In this document: in pieces, positions 46,643 to 54,984 of the stretch
How positions within the stretch are numbered: position 1 is the stretch's first letter
Layout of the letters: every line of letters starts with the position of its first letter
NCBI GenBank assembly: GCA_021811425.1
Contig: JAJZPA010000001.1
Coordinates: forward strand, 1 to 58,704
From: Bacillota bacterium
GTDB taxonomy: Bacteria; Bacillota; Desulfitobacteriia; Desulfitobacteriales; Desulfitobacteriaceae
Length of the DNA stretch: 58,704 nt
Direction: 5' to 3'
Position numbers and translations under genes: made by a program
The notes under the pieces: model-generated
Told to the model about the DNA's origin: nothing
What the model saw: only the letters and a program-made list of their open reading frames with translations
Database searches by the model: none

Positions 46643-47444
46643 ATATTCGTTCATCGGGGTTGCCCGGTCCCTTGTCTTCCTGGAGAAGATCCCGAATGCG
46701 ATGCAGGGCTGCGCGTTCGATCCGGGAAATCTGTACCTGTGAGAGATGCAATTGTAAGGCGATCTCACTTTGGGTTTTGTCTTCAAAAAAGCGCAGCAGC
46801 AGAACCCGTTTTTCGCGTTCCGGGAGTTTGTCCAGGACTTCCTTGAGCGCGATTTTTTCGAACCAGCTTGGCTCCAAATCTTTATCGAGCGGGAGCTGAT
46901 CCAAGACATAAATAGGATCGGAGTCATCCTGGTAGAGCGTATCATGGATGGAGGTCGGGCTTTGTACCGCTTCCAGAGCCGAGACGATGTCCTCCCGATC
47001 TACTCCGATATCGAGAGCGATTTCTCCGATAGTCGGCTCGCGTCCAAGGGAAGAAGCCAGATTCTCACGCGCTCGGTTGACTTTGTATACGAGTTCCTTG
47101 TAAGAACGGGGCACTTTGATCGGATGGTCGTCACGCAGGAACCTACGGATCTCGCCGATGATCATCGGAACAGCATAGGTCGAAAATTTGACGCCATAGC
47201 TGAAATCAAATTTGTCGATGGCTTTCATCAGGCCGATGGTTCCAATTTGAAAGAGATCCTCAATTTCATAGCCCCGATGGGCAAAGCGCTGCACTAAATT
47301 AAAAATCAGCTTCAAATTGCAGTTGATTAAACGTTCGCGGGCTGCGGCATCCCCTTCTTTGGCCCGGTGCAAAAGTTCCATCATCTCGGTGTCGGAGAGG
47401 AGTGGGAAGCGGGGTAGATTCATTTCCGTCAGGCGTTGTATCAT
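46641..47444 (-). CDS. sigF: RNA polymerase sporulation sigma factor F
   Basis: Sigma-70 region 2 (IEDLFQIGTIGLMKAIDKFD), region 4 (KTQSEIALQLHLSQVQISRIERAALHRI). Third gene after spoIIAA-spoIIAB. ATG 47444 is preceded by GAGGAGGA. The 337-aa ORF-track version overlaps spoIIAB and is rejected. Confidence 0.9.
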   Translation of the reverse strand: MIQRLTEMNLPRFPLLSDTEMMELLHRAKEGDAAARERLINCNLKLIFNLVQRFAHRGYEIEDLFQIGTIGLMKAIDKFDFSYGVKFSTYAVPMIIGEIRRFLRDDHPIKVPRSYKELVYKVNRARENLASSLGREPTIGEIALDIGVDREDIVSALEAVQSPTSIHDTLYQDDSDPIYVLDQLPLDKDLEPSWFEKIALKEVLDKLPEREKRVLLLRFFEDKTQSEIALQLHLSQVQISRIERAALHRIRDLLQEDKGPGNPDERI

Positions 47445-47457
47445 CAGTATTCCTCCT

Positions 47458-47898
47458 CTAATGAGAGGGGAAGGCGGTGCTGCGGTCAAGGTACTTAACC
47501 ATGGTAACCGTCGTCCCTTGGTTGACGGTTGAATCGACATCCAGCTCATCCATAAATGATTGCATGAACACGAAACCCAACCCCATACGTTCGGGGTCGG
47601 TGCTGAAAGCCGGCTGCATGGCCTGTTCCACATTGGGAATGCCACAACCCTCATCAGACACGGTGATTTTCAGGGTTTCTTGATTAATTTCCAGTTCAAG
47701 CAGAACTAAGCGCCCACTTTCTCCACGGTAGCCATGGATGATGGCATTGGAAACGGCTTCGGATACGGCTACTTTTAGTTCCTCAATATCGTTGAGGGGC
47801 AGATCCAACTGCGCCCCGACCGAGGCAACCAGCATTCGGGCGATGCCGACATTTTCAGCGACACTCGAAAACGTGAGAACTAACTGATTTACATTCAT
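47458..47898 (-). CDS. spoIIAB: anti-sigma F factor (serine kinase)
   Basis: 146 aa. HATPase motifs EAVSNAIIHG, DEGCGI, GLGFVFM. RBS GGGGAG. Confidence 0.93.
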   Translation of the reverse strand: MNVNQLVLTFSSVAENVGIARMLVASVGAQLDLPLNDIEELKVAVSEAVSNAIIHGYRGESGRLVLLELEINQETLKITVSDEGCGIPNVEQAMQPAFSTDPERMGLGFVFMQSFMDELDVDSTVNQGTTVTMVKYLDRSTAFPSH

Positions 47899-47900
47899 CC

Positions 47901-48248
47901 TTATGCTCCCCTTCCATCTTCATCATCGGCCTGGGCTGCCGTTTCATCTGAGAAAAAGCGAATGATCCGGGGCAGGCCTGATAATTCCATGATTTTATAA
48001 ATGTGTGGAGGGACATTGCTGATTTTGACTTTTCCACCTAAGGCAAGCAGTTTCTTGTAGCGTCCCAGAATCACTCCCAAGCCTGAGCTGTCAATAAACT
48101 TGACCTTTTCCATGTTTAGCACCACGATGCGAATGCCGCGGCGTTCTATTTCATGATCAAGGGCCTGGCGCAGGGTTTCTGCGGTTTTCATGTCTAAGTC
48201 GCCGTCTAAGCGCAAGATGAGCGTTTGACGTTCGATCTTCTTTTCCAT
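47901..48248 (-). CDS. spoIIAA: anti-sigma F factor antagonist (STAS)
   Basis: MEKKIERQTLILRLDGDLD...FIDSSGLGVILGRYKK (phosphorylatable Ser). ATG 48248 is preceded by a G-rich RBS. The upstream 18 codons are rejected. Confidence 0.9.
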   Translation of the reverse strand: MEKKIERQTLILRLDGDLDMKTAETLRQALDHEIERRGIRIVVLNMEKVKFIDSSGLGVILGRYKKLLALGGKVKISNVPPHIYKIMELSGLPRIIRFFSDETAAQADDEDGRGA

Positions 48249-48287
48249 CCTGAAAAATCCCCCCTTCATCGGTTGCTCAGAATAGAG

Positions 48288-48294
48288 TTCGACA
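48288..48294 (-). promoter_or_regulatory. Spo0A box (TGTCGAA on minus strand) upstream of spoIIAA
   Basis: TTCGACA on the + strand, about 40 nt upstream of the spoIIAA ATG. spoIIA is Spo0A-activated in B. subtilis. A single 7-mer is weak evidence. Confidence 0.35.
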
Positions 48295-48338
48295 GCATCC
48301 ATAATTTACCTTCTTTTCTGCGAAAAAAACATGGGAAC

Positions 48339-48368
48339 GTATAATTCTACGGAATTTAAAACATACTA
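48339..48368 (+). promoter_or_regulatory. candidate forespore (sigma-G/F type) promoter of the spoVA operon
   Basis: GTATA-N18-CATACTA matches GHATR-N17/18-CATxHTA. It ends 38 nt before the spoVAC ATG. Confidence 0.55.
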
Positions 48369-48406
48369 AAGATTAGTTTAACACCTAAGGGGAAGGAGAA
48401 GTTACA

Positions 48407-48874
48407 ATGCCTGGTCAAAATTTAAGACCGCCGACGATTGCGGTCACTCCGCAAGATTATCAAGATCTAACCAAAAAGCTGACACCAAAGCCGACCATCG
48501 TCAGAAATTCCTTCTGGGCGTTTATGGTGGGTGGGGCGATTTGTGCCTTGGGTCAAGTGATCATTAATCTCTTCGCAGCAGCCGGGCTTGGACGCCAGGA
48601 AGCCTCAACGGCTGCGACCGCCTCGATGATTCTCCTCGGAGCCCTGCTCACGGGTATCGGGGTGTATGACGAGATCGGCAAATATGCGGGGGCGGGTTCG
48701 ATCGTTCCGGTCACAGGGTTTGCAAATTCCATTGTCGCCCCGGCCCTGGAATTTAAACGGGAAGGATATGTCTTGGGAGTGGGGGCGCGTTTGTTCACGG
48801 TGGCCGGGCCCGTTCTCGTTTTCGGAATCTCGACATCCATCGTGGTCGGTATGGTTTATTATTTGTGGCATTAG
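48407..48874 (+). CDS. spoVAC: stage V sporulation protein AC
   Basis: 155-aa membrane protein. FWAFMVGGAICALGQ...GAGSIVPVTGFANSIVAPA. RBS GGAAGGAG. Confidence 0.9.
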   Translation: MPGQNLRPPTIAVTPQDYQDLTKKLTPKPTIVRNSFWAFMVGGAICALGQVIINLFAAAGLGRQEASTAATASMILLGALLTGIGVYDEIGKYAGAGSIVPVTGFANSIVAPALEFKREGYVLGVGARLFTVAGPVLVFGISTSIVVGMVYYLWH

Positions 48875-48936
48875 ACCGATCCGTTCATGGCCTTGAAATT
48901 CCTGATTAAGTGCACATTGTTGAAGGGGATGGGACG

Positions 48937-49944
48937 ATGAATCTAAAACATGTAGGGAACCAGACCGTGGTTTTTGCGAATTCCCCGGTCATTCTCTCAT
49001 CGTACTCTGTGGTTGGCCCGATGGAAGCACAGGGGCCTTTGGGCAAGACCTTTGACAAGGTTTGGCCAGACAACATCAATGGGGAAAAGTCCTGGGAGAT
49101 TGCCGAGAGCAAACTGCTCCAGGAAGCGATGCAGGGTGCCATTGATCAAGCGGGCGTCCCCAGCGACCAGATCGACTTTATGTTGGCAGGGGATCTGCTC
49201 AATCAAATTATCTCCTCGAATTTCGCGGCGCGCAAGCTGGGACTTCCTTTTATTGGGCTTTATGGGGCCTGTTCCACCATGGCATTGGGTATGGCGGTTG
49301 GGAGCATGCTCATCGACGGGGGGTTTGCCCGCCATGTCCTAGTGGGCGTATCAAGCCACCATGATACGGCGGAACGGCAGTACCGTCTGCCGACAGAACA
49401 AGGGGGCCAGCGCTCGCTGAGTGCCCAGTGGACGGTCACGGGAGCCGGGGCGATCGTTCTTGGACCGAGCGGGGCGGGGCCACGGATTCCGGCCGTGACG
49501 CTCGGGAGGGTATTGGATTACGGTGAAACCGATGCTGGCAACATGGGGGCGGCGATGGCCCCGGCGATTGCCGATACCATCCTCAACCATCTTCAGGATT
49601 TGCAGCGCCAGCCAACCGATTATAATCTCATTGCTTCTGGGGATTTAGGTTCAGTGGGGGTGGATTTGACGCGTCAAGTGATGCAGCGCAGCGGGACACC
49701 GCTCGGGCCGGAGTATACGGACTGTGGGCTCTTGATCTATGACCAGAAACAGGATGTGCATGCGGGCGGGAGCGGCTGCGGCTGTTCAGCCGTTGTGTTT
49801 GCTGGGAGCATCATGCAACGTCTGAAAGCGGGCGAACTCAAGCGGGTTTTACTCATCGGCAGCGGTGCTCTCCATTCGCCAACATCTTCCTTGCAAGGAG
49901 AATCCATACCGGGAATCGGGCACGCAGTTGTCATTGAAGCGTAG
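48937..49944 (+). CDS. spoVAD: stage V sporulation protein AD
   Basis: About 335 aa, thiolase-like. GVPSDQIDFMLAGDLLNQ...GLYGACST...HAGGSGCGCSA. ATG 48937 has RBS GAAGGGG. Confidence 0.9.
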   Translation: MNLKHVGNQTVVFANSPVILSSYSVVGPMEAQGPLGKTFDKVWPDNINGEKSWEIAESKLLQEAMQGAIDQAGVPSDQIDFMLAGDLLNQIISSNFAARKLGLPFIGLYGACSTMALGMAVGSMLIDGGFARHVLVGVSSHHDTAERQYRLPTEQGGQRSLSAQWTVTGAGAIVLGPSGAGPRIPAVTLGRVLDYGETDAGNMGAAMAPAIADTILNHLQDLQRQPTDYNLIASGDLGSVGVDLTRQVMQRSGTPLGPEYTDCGLLIYDQKQDVHAGGSGCGCSAVVFAGSIMQRLKAGELKRVLLIGSGALHSPTSSLQGESIPGIGHAVVIEA

Positions 49945-49959
49945 GGAAGGAGGATAAGC

Positions 49960-50322
49960 ATGTTTGAGATGGTGGTATCGGCCTTTTTGGTCGGCGGGGT
50001 GATCTGTGTGCTTGGCCAGTTGCTGATGGACTTGACCAAGCCTAGCTTTACGCCAGCCCATGTCTTAGTGACGTTCGTGACCGGGGGGGCTATTTTAGGG
50101 GCCTTGGGCTGGTATAGGCCGTTAGTGGACATTGGTGGCGCGGGAGCAACCATTCCCCTCTCCGGGTTTGGCTATATCTTAGCGAAAGGTGCTATCGAAG
50201 GAGTCAGCCAGCGGGGGTTTATCGGAGCCTTCTCTGGAGGGGTAGAAGCTGCGGCTGTGGGTATTGCAGCGGCTGTTCTGTTTGGCTACCTCGTGTCTGT
50301 TACGTTTAATCCGAAAGGATAG
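49960..50322 (+). CDS. spoVAE: stage V sporulation protein AE (SpoVAEB)
   Basis: 120-aa membrane protein paralogous to SpoVAC (GGVICVLGQLLMD...GAGATIPLSGFG). RBS GGAAGGAGG. Confidence 0.88.
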   Translation: MFEMVVSAFLVGGVICVLGQLLMDLTKPSFTPAHVLVTFVTGGAILGALGWYRPLVDIGGAGATIPLSGFGYILAKGAIEGVSQRGFIGAFSGGVEAAAVGIAAAVLFGYLVSVTFNPKG

Positions 50323-50334
50323 GGGGATTGATCG

Positions 50335-51813
50335 ATGGACGCTGACAGCGAAAAAAACATTCCAGTCAGCAAAAACTATCAAGAAAACATCAATTTTTTA
50401 AACAAAGAGCTTGGAGTGCCTGATAGTTTCGACATCGTGGTGCGCGAAATGTCCATCGGGGGTAAGAAGGTCGCCTTCTATTCCGTCAATGGAATGGTGG
50501 ATACGCATGTGGCCAGTTATATTTTAGACGCCCTCGTCGATTTGGAGCGTGCCGATCTCATCGTTAATACGTTGGACAAGCTGGTCAAAGGGCGGATCGT
50601 GGATCTCCAGGTTGCCGAAGTTGAAACCATGGATAAGGTGCTCTATTTCATTCTCTCCGGGCCCATGGCCATTTTCGTGGAGGGACAGCCTAAAGCGATT
50701 ATTGTTGATTTGCGCACGTACCCAGGAAGGCAGTCCCAAGAGCCGGATATTGAGAGGGTGACGCGGGGGTCGCGGGATGGCTTTACCGAGACGCTGGTAT
50801 TCAACACGGCTTTGATCCGAAGGCGTCTGCGCGATCCACAATTGCGGATGAAGCTGCTCCAGGTTGGCAGCCGCTCCAAGACAGACGTCTGCATTTGTTA
50901 TATCGAAGACATTACCAATCCTGACCTGGTGCAGAAGATCGAAAACGATATACAGAGCATCAAAATCGACGGGATTCCAATGGCGGAAAAGAGTGTGGAG
51001 GAGTTTATCCTGGGGAGCAAGTTTTGGAACCCTTTTCCTCGCGTGCGTTACACGGAACGCCCGGATGTGGCCGCAATTCACCTCTTGGAAGGACATGTCA
51101 TCGTGATTGTCGATACCTCCCCGAGTGTGATGATTGCGCCTGCGACGCTTTGGCATCATGTTCAGCATGCGGAAGAATATCGGCAGGAGCCCGTGGTCGG
51201 AATTTATCTGCGCTGGGTCCGCTTCTTTGGTATTTTTGCTTCGGTTGTACTTTTGCCTTTATGGCTCGCTATCGCTACAAACCCACAGGTCGTTCCCGAA
51301 TGGCTGCAGTTCATTGGTCCGACGAAAATCGGCAAAGTACCGCTCTTTCTCCAGATGCTCATTGCCGATGTTGGGGTTGACTTAGTGAGGATGGCTGCGA
51401 TTCACACACCCAGCCCCTTGGCGACAGCACTTGGCTTGATTGCCGCGTTTATGATCGGAGATGTGGCGATCAAGGTGGGCATGTTTGCACCGGAAATCGT
51501 GATGTATGTCGCGTTTGCGGCGGTGGGGGCATTTGCGACACCCAGTTACGAACTGGCGCAGGCTAACCGCTTAGCCCGGCTCTTCCTGATGGTTTTAACA
51601 GGGTTTTTCAACTTTATTGGCCTTTTCGTAGGGATGGGGGCTTTGTTTTTTCTCTTGTGGAGGACGCGATCCTTTGGAGTTCCCTATCTTTGGCCTCTCA
51701 TTCCGCTGGATGCCAAGGCATTCGGGACGATTTTTATTCGAAAACCAGTACCGATTCACAATCTGAGACCGAGTATTCTCAAACCACTGGATCGGATTAG
51801 GCAGCCCAAATGA
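50335..51813 (+). CDS. spoVAF: GerA-family spore germination protein (SpoVAF-like)
   Basis: 492 aa. Soluble N-domain plus C-terminal TM region. It follows spoVAE as in B. subtilis. IVDLRTYPGR...EPD.ER..RGSRDGFTETL is typical of the GerA family. Confidence 0.85.
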   Translation: MDADSEKNIPVSKNYQENINFLNKELGVPDSFDIVVREMSIGGKKVAFYSVNGMVDTHVASYILDALVDLERADLIVNTLDKLVKGRIVDLQVAEVETMDKVLYFILSGPMAIFVEGQPKAIIVDLRTYPGRQSQEPDIERVTRGSRDGFTETLVFNTALIRRRLRDPQLRMKLLQVGSRSKTDVCICYIEDITNPDLVQKIENDIQSIKIDGIPMAEKSVEEFILGSKFWNPFPRVRYTERPDVAAIHLLEGHVIVIVDTSPSVMIAPATLWHHVQHAEEYRQEPVVGIYLRWVRFFGIFASVVLLPLWLAIATNPQVVPEWLQFIGPTKIGKVPLFLQMLIADVGVDLVRMAAIHTPSPLATALGLIAAFMIGDVAIKVGMFAPEIVMYVAFAAVGAFATPSYELAQANRLARLFLMVLTGFFNFIGLFVGMGALFFLLWRTRSFGVPYLWPLIPLDAKAFGTIFIRKPVPIHNLRPSILKPLDRIRQPK

Positions 51814-51838
51814 TAGGGTAACTATAACTGATGAAAGG

Positions 51839-52873
51839 GTGGCGCTGTTGAAAGTTGGATATCCGCGAGCTGTTCATTATTATGATTATTTTCCATTTTG
51901 GGCCGGTTTTTTTCAGGGGTTGGATTTGGAACTCATCGCCTCACCTCTGACCAATCGTAAGATTCTTGAACAAGGTTTAAAAAAGGCAAGTGATGAAACC
52001 TGCCTTCCCATTAAACTCCTGGCCGGACATATTCAGGCCTTATCCGGGATGGGGGTGGATGCTCTTTTCCTCCCACGCATGGTCAGTGTGGAGGAAAAGA
52101 CGTATTTGTGCCCGAAACTCCTAGGACTGCCGGAGAGCGTATTCGCGGCAGTGCCGGAAGGGATGAGAATCCTCACCTTGGATTTTAACGTGCGTCTGGG
52201 TAAACGGCGGGTAATACGGACTCTCGAAGAATTTGCCGAAGGCTTAGGCAAAACCCGAGCGGAAGCGCGGCAAGGGTTCCTCCTCGCTCAGAACTGGCAA
52301 GAACGCTATGAAAGCAGGCGCCATGAGGGACGGAGCTTTGGGGAGAGCATGGGCGAGTTTGATCCACGCCTGGCTGGAGAGGCCGGTAGAACAATCCGAT
52401 TTGACAACCCGGATAGGGACGAATCAGCGGCTGTTCTGACGGTTGCCCTCGTGGGACATCCATATTTGACTCAGGATAATTATGCCAACTTGAACCTTGT
52501 GGCGAAATTAGGTGAACGTGCTCACGTACGCTTTATTGAAGAAATGGAGCCACAAGGAATTGAACAAGGATTGCAGGGGCTGCACAAGAGCGTGTTCTGG
52601 AGCCATGCGCGCAAAATCATGGGGGCTGGGGCAGCCTATATCGGGGATGAGGCAGTGGACGGGGTGATTTATTTGTCCTGTTTTGGCTGTGGGACGGATT
52701 CGATGACCCAGGACATGGTGGCCCGGATTGCCCGCCAGCAGCATAAACCCTATATGGTGTTAACCTTAGATGAGCACAGCGGGGAAGCAGGCTTGGTCAC
52801 TCGTCTGGAAGCTTTCCTCGATATGACCGAAAGAAGGGTACAGCGTGAAAGTAACTTTTCCGCACATGGGTAA
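51839..52873 (+). CDS. activase-associated dehydratase-like subunit A (DUF2229 / HgdB-like superfamily, function unknown)
   Basis: Motifs DETCLPIKL, YLCPK, YLSCFGCGTDS, LTLDEHSGEAGLVTRLEAFLD. Paralogous to the next ORF. The start could be GTG 51839 or TTG 51848. Confidence 0.7.
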   Translation: MALLKVGYPRAVHYYDYFPFWAGFFQGLDLELIASPLTNRKILEQGLKKASDETCLPIKLLAGHIQALSGMGVDALFLPRMVSVEEKTYLCPKLLGLPESVFAAVPEGMRILTLDFNVRLGKRRVIRTLEEFAEGLGKTRAEARQGFLLAQNWQERYESRRHEGRSFGESMGEFDPRLAGEAGRTIRFDNPDRDESAAVLTVALVGHPYLTQDNYANLNLVAKLGERAHVRFIEEMEPQGIEQGLQGLHKSVFWSHARKIMGAGAAYIGDEAVDGVIYLSCFGCGTDSMTQDMVARIARQQHKPYMVLTLDEHSGEAGLVTRLEAFLDMTERRVQRESNFSAHG

Positions 52874-53972
52874 CGCCTGGATCGTCATTCAGGCCTTGTT
52901 CGAAACTCTGAATGTGGATGTGGCGGTTCCCCCGCCCACGAGCAAAGGAACCCTGAACTTGGGAACCAAACTTGCCCCGGAATCCTCTTGTTTGCCTCTG
53001 AAAATTAATCTGGGAAATTACATAGAAGCGGCAGCCAAAGGCGCTGATACCATCGCGATTACGGGTGGGATCGGGCCTTGCCGCTTTGGTTATTATGGGG
53101 AAGTGGAACGTCAAATTCTCAGGGATGCCGGCTATTCCTACGAAGTCGTGATCCTTGAACCTCCGGATGGGAGCCTGTGGGGGCTGGCCAAGCGGATTCG
53201 CTATCTCGCCGGAAGACATAATTCGTGGACGAAAATCCTCAAAGCGATGCGTTTCGCTTACCGTAAGAGTGTGGCACTGGATGAGGTGGAAGATATGATT
53301 CATGCGGCTCGACCGCGTTTGCTGGAGCCGCTGGCCGCTGAGAAGCTTTATTCCAAGGCGAAACAGCACCTAATCGAAGCCTCTGAGGACAAAGGGCTGG
53401 AAGAGGCGGTTTTCCGGGTGCAACAAAGTATTAAAGAAGGCCAAGCGGCGTTCCGGGGTGAAAAACCCTTGCGGGTTGGGGTGGTTGGCGAGATCTATAC
53501 TATCCTCGATCCGTTTAGTTCTCTGGATGTGGAACAACAGCTGGGGAATTTGGGTGTAGAGGTCAATCGCTCGATTTATCTTTCCAGTTGGGTCGGCCAA
53601 CATGTTTTTCAAGGGCTGGCCCAGGGATACCGTCCTCTGCGGGATTATCCGCGCCTGGCCAAACCCTATTTGCCCCATTTCGTAGGTGGGCATGGTCAGG
53701 AAACAGTCGGAGCGGCGGTTCAATTTGCCCGCGAGGGTGCCGACGGGATCATCCAGCTTTTGCCCCTTGGCTGCATGCCGGAAATCGTAGCTTCGAGTGT
53801 GCTGCCACGGATTCAGGCGGACTATCGGATTCCCATTATGACCTTGACGGTTGATGAACATAGCGGGCGTGCGGGGGTGCAGACCCGGCTGGAGGCTTTT
53901 GTGGATCTGCTGGAACGACGGCGGAACAGAACCTTAACCAGGGAGGACGTGTTGAATGTTGCTCGGGAATGA
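52845..53972 (+). CDS. activase-associated dehydratase-like subunit B (2-hydroxyacyl-CoA dehydratase D-component-like, function unknown)
   Basis: Motifs KVTFPHMGN, ESSCLPLKI, GIGPCRFGYYG, LLPLGCMPE, LTVDEHSGRAGVQTRLEAFVD. GTG lies 7 nt after AAGAAGGG. 29-nt overlap with subunit A. Confidence 0.7.
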   Translation: MKVTFPHMGNAWIVIQALFETLNVDVAVPPPTSKGTLNLGTKLAPESSCLPLKINLGNYIEAAAKGADTIAITGGIGPCRFGYYGEVERQILRDAGYSYEVVILEPPDGSLWGLAKRIRYLAGRHNSWTKILKAMRFAYRKSVALDEVEDMIHAARPRLLEPLAAEKLYSKAKQHLIEASEDKGLEEAVFRVQQSIKEGQAAFRGEKPLRVGVVGEIYTILDPFSSLDVEQQLGNLGVEVNRSIYLSSWVGQHVFQGLAQGYRPLRDYPRLAKPYLPHFVGGHGQETVGAAVQFAREGADGIIQLLPLGCMPEIVASSVLPRIQADYRIPIMTLTVDEHSGRAGVQTRLEAFVDLLERRRNRTLTREDVLNVARE

Positions 53973-54969
53973 GTATTATCTCGGTGTGGATGTTGGTTCT
54001 GTGAGCACCAACTTAGTCTTGTTGGATTATGAGGAACAAGTGGCGGAGGCCCTGTACCTGCGAACCATGGGGCGGCCGATGCAGACGATTAAGGAAGGGC
54101 TGAAGCAACTGCGGGCCAAATTTCCTCAGGCCCGGATTATTGGAGTGGGGACGACGGGAAGTGCCCGGCAGTTGGCTGCCACGCTCTTAGGGGCTGATGT
54201 GGTGAAAAACGAGATTACCGCCCACGCTGTCGCGGCTTCGCGGGTACATCCCGGAGTGCAGACGATATTGGAGATTGGAGGCCAAGATTCAAAGATTATC
54301 TGCCTTAGGGATGGAGTTGTGGTGGATTTTGCTATGAATACAGTCTGTGCGGCCGGAACTGGATCTTTTCTAGACCAACAGGCAGGTCGCCTCGGGATTC
54401 CGATCGAACAGTTTGGCCCCTTGGCGATAGAGGCTCAGCACCCGGTACGTATCGCCGGTCGCTGTTCGGTGTTTGCAGAATCGGATATGATCCATAAGCA
54501 GCAGTTGGGGCATTCTTTGGAGGATATCCTCGCCGGCCTTTGCCAAGCGATGGTGCGTAATTATCTAAATAACGTCGGTAAAAACAAGGACATTCGGGGT
54601 CCTATCCTTTTTCAAGGGGGCGTGGCGGCTAATCCCGGTATCCGCAAAGCGTTCGAGGAAGAGTTAGGCCAGGAAATCATCATACCGAAACACTTTGCCG
54701 TGATGGGCGCTTTGGGGGCGGCCTATCTGGCGCAGGAAAAACTGGCGCGGGCACAAGGAGAAAGGACCGCATCCCGTTTCCGCGGGTTACAAGTGGTGGA
54801 TACCGAGTTCCAAGCGAGTAGCTTTGATTGTTCAGGTTGTGCCAATCACTGTGAAGTTGTCGAAATCTTGCAGGATCAGACGATCCTGGCCCGCTGGGGA
54901 GATCGCTGCGGCAAGTGGTCGAGCGGGAAGGGGGAGCAGGGATCCGTGTCTGAGGTGAATGTTCGCTAA
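53956..54969 (+). CDS. BadF/BadG/BcrA/BcrD-type ATPase (HgdC-like [4Fe-4S] electron-transfer activase) with C-terminal Cys motif
   Basis: YYLGVDVGSVSTNLVLLD, GVGTTGSARQ, ILEIGGQDSKII, MNTVCAAGTGSFLD, GRCSVFAESDMI, FQGGVAANPG. C-terminus: CSGCANHC...RCGKW. RBS GGGAGGA 8 nt upstream. 17-nt overlap with subunit B. Confidence 0.85.
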   Translation: MLLGNEYYLGVDVGSVSTNLVLLDYEEQVAEALYLRTMGRPMQTIKEGLKQLRAKFPQARIIGVGTTGSARQLAATLLGADVVKNEITAHAVAASRVHPGVQTILEIGGQDSKIICLRDGVVVDFAMNTVCAAGTGSFLDQQAGRLGIPIEQFGPLAIEAQHPVRIAGRCSVFAESDMIHKQQLGHSLEDILAGLCQAMVRNYLNNVGKNKDIRGPILFQGGVAANPGIRKAFEEELGQEIIIPKHFAVMGALGAAYLAQEKLARAQGERTASRFRGLQVVDTEFQASSFDCSGCANHCEVVEILQDQTILARWGDRCGKWSSGKGEQGSVSEVNVR

Positions 54970-54984
54970 GCGGTTCACTTGGGG

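Noticed and set aside
46641-47654. 337-aa version of the sigF ORF extending 70 codons upstream.
   Set aside because: The extension overlaps the 3' half of spoIIAB in another frame. The ATG at 47444 has a perfect GAGGAGGA RBS and gives a normal ~267-aa sigma factor.
50428-50434. Third exact Spo0A-box 7-mer (TTCGACA) inside spoVAF coding sequence.
   Set aside because: It is intragenic and far from any promoter. It shows the 7-mer occurs by chance in this window, which is why the two promoter-proximal boxes get only low confidence.
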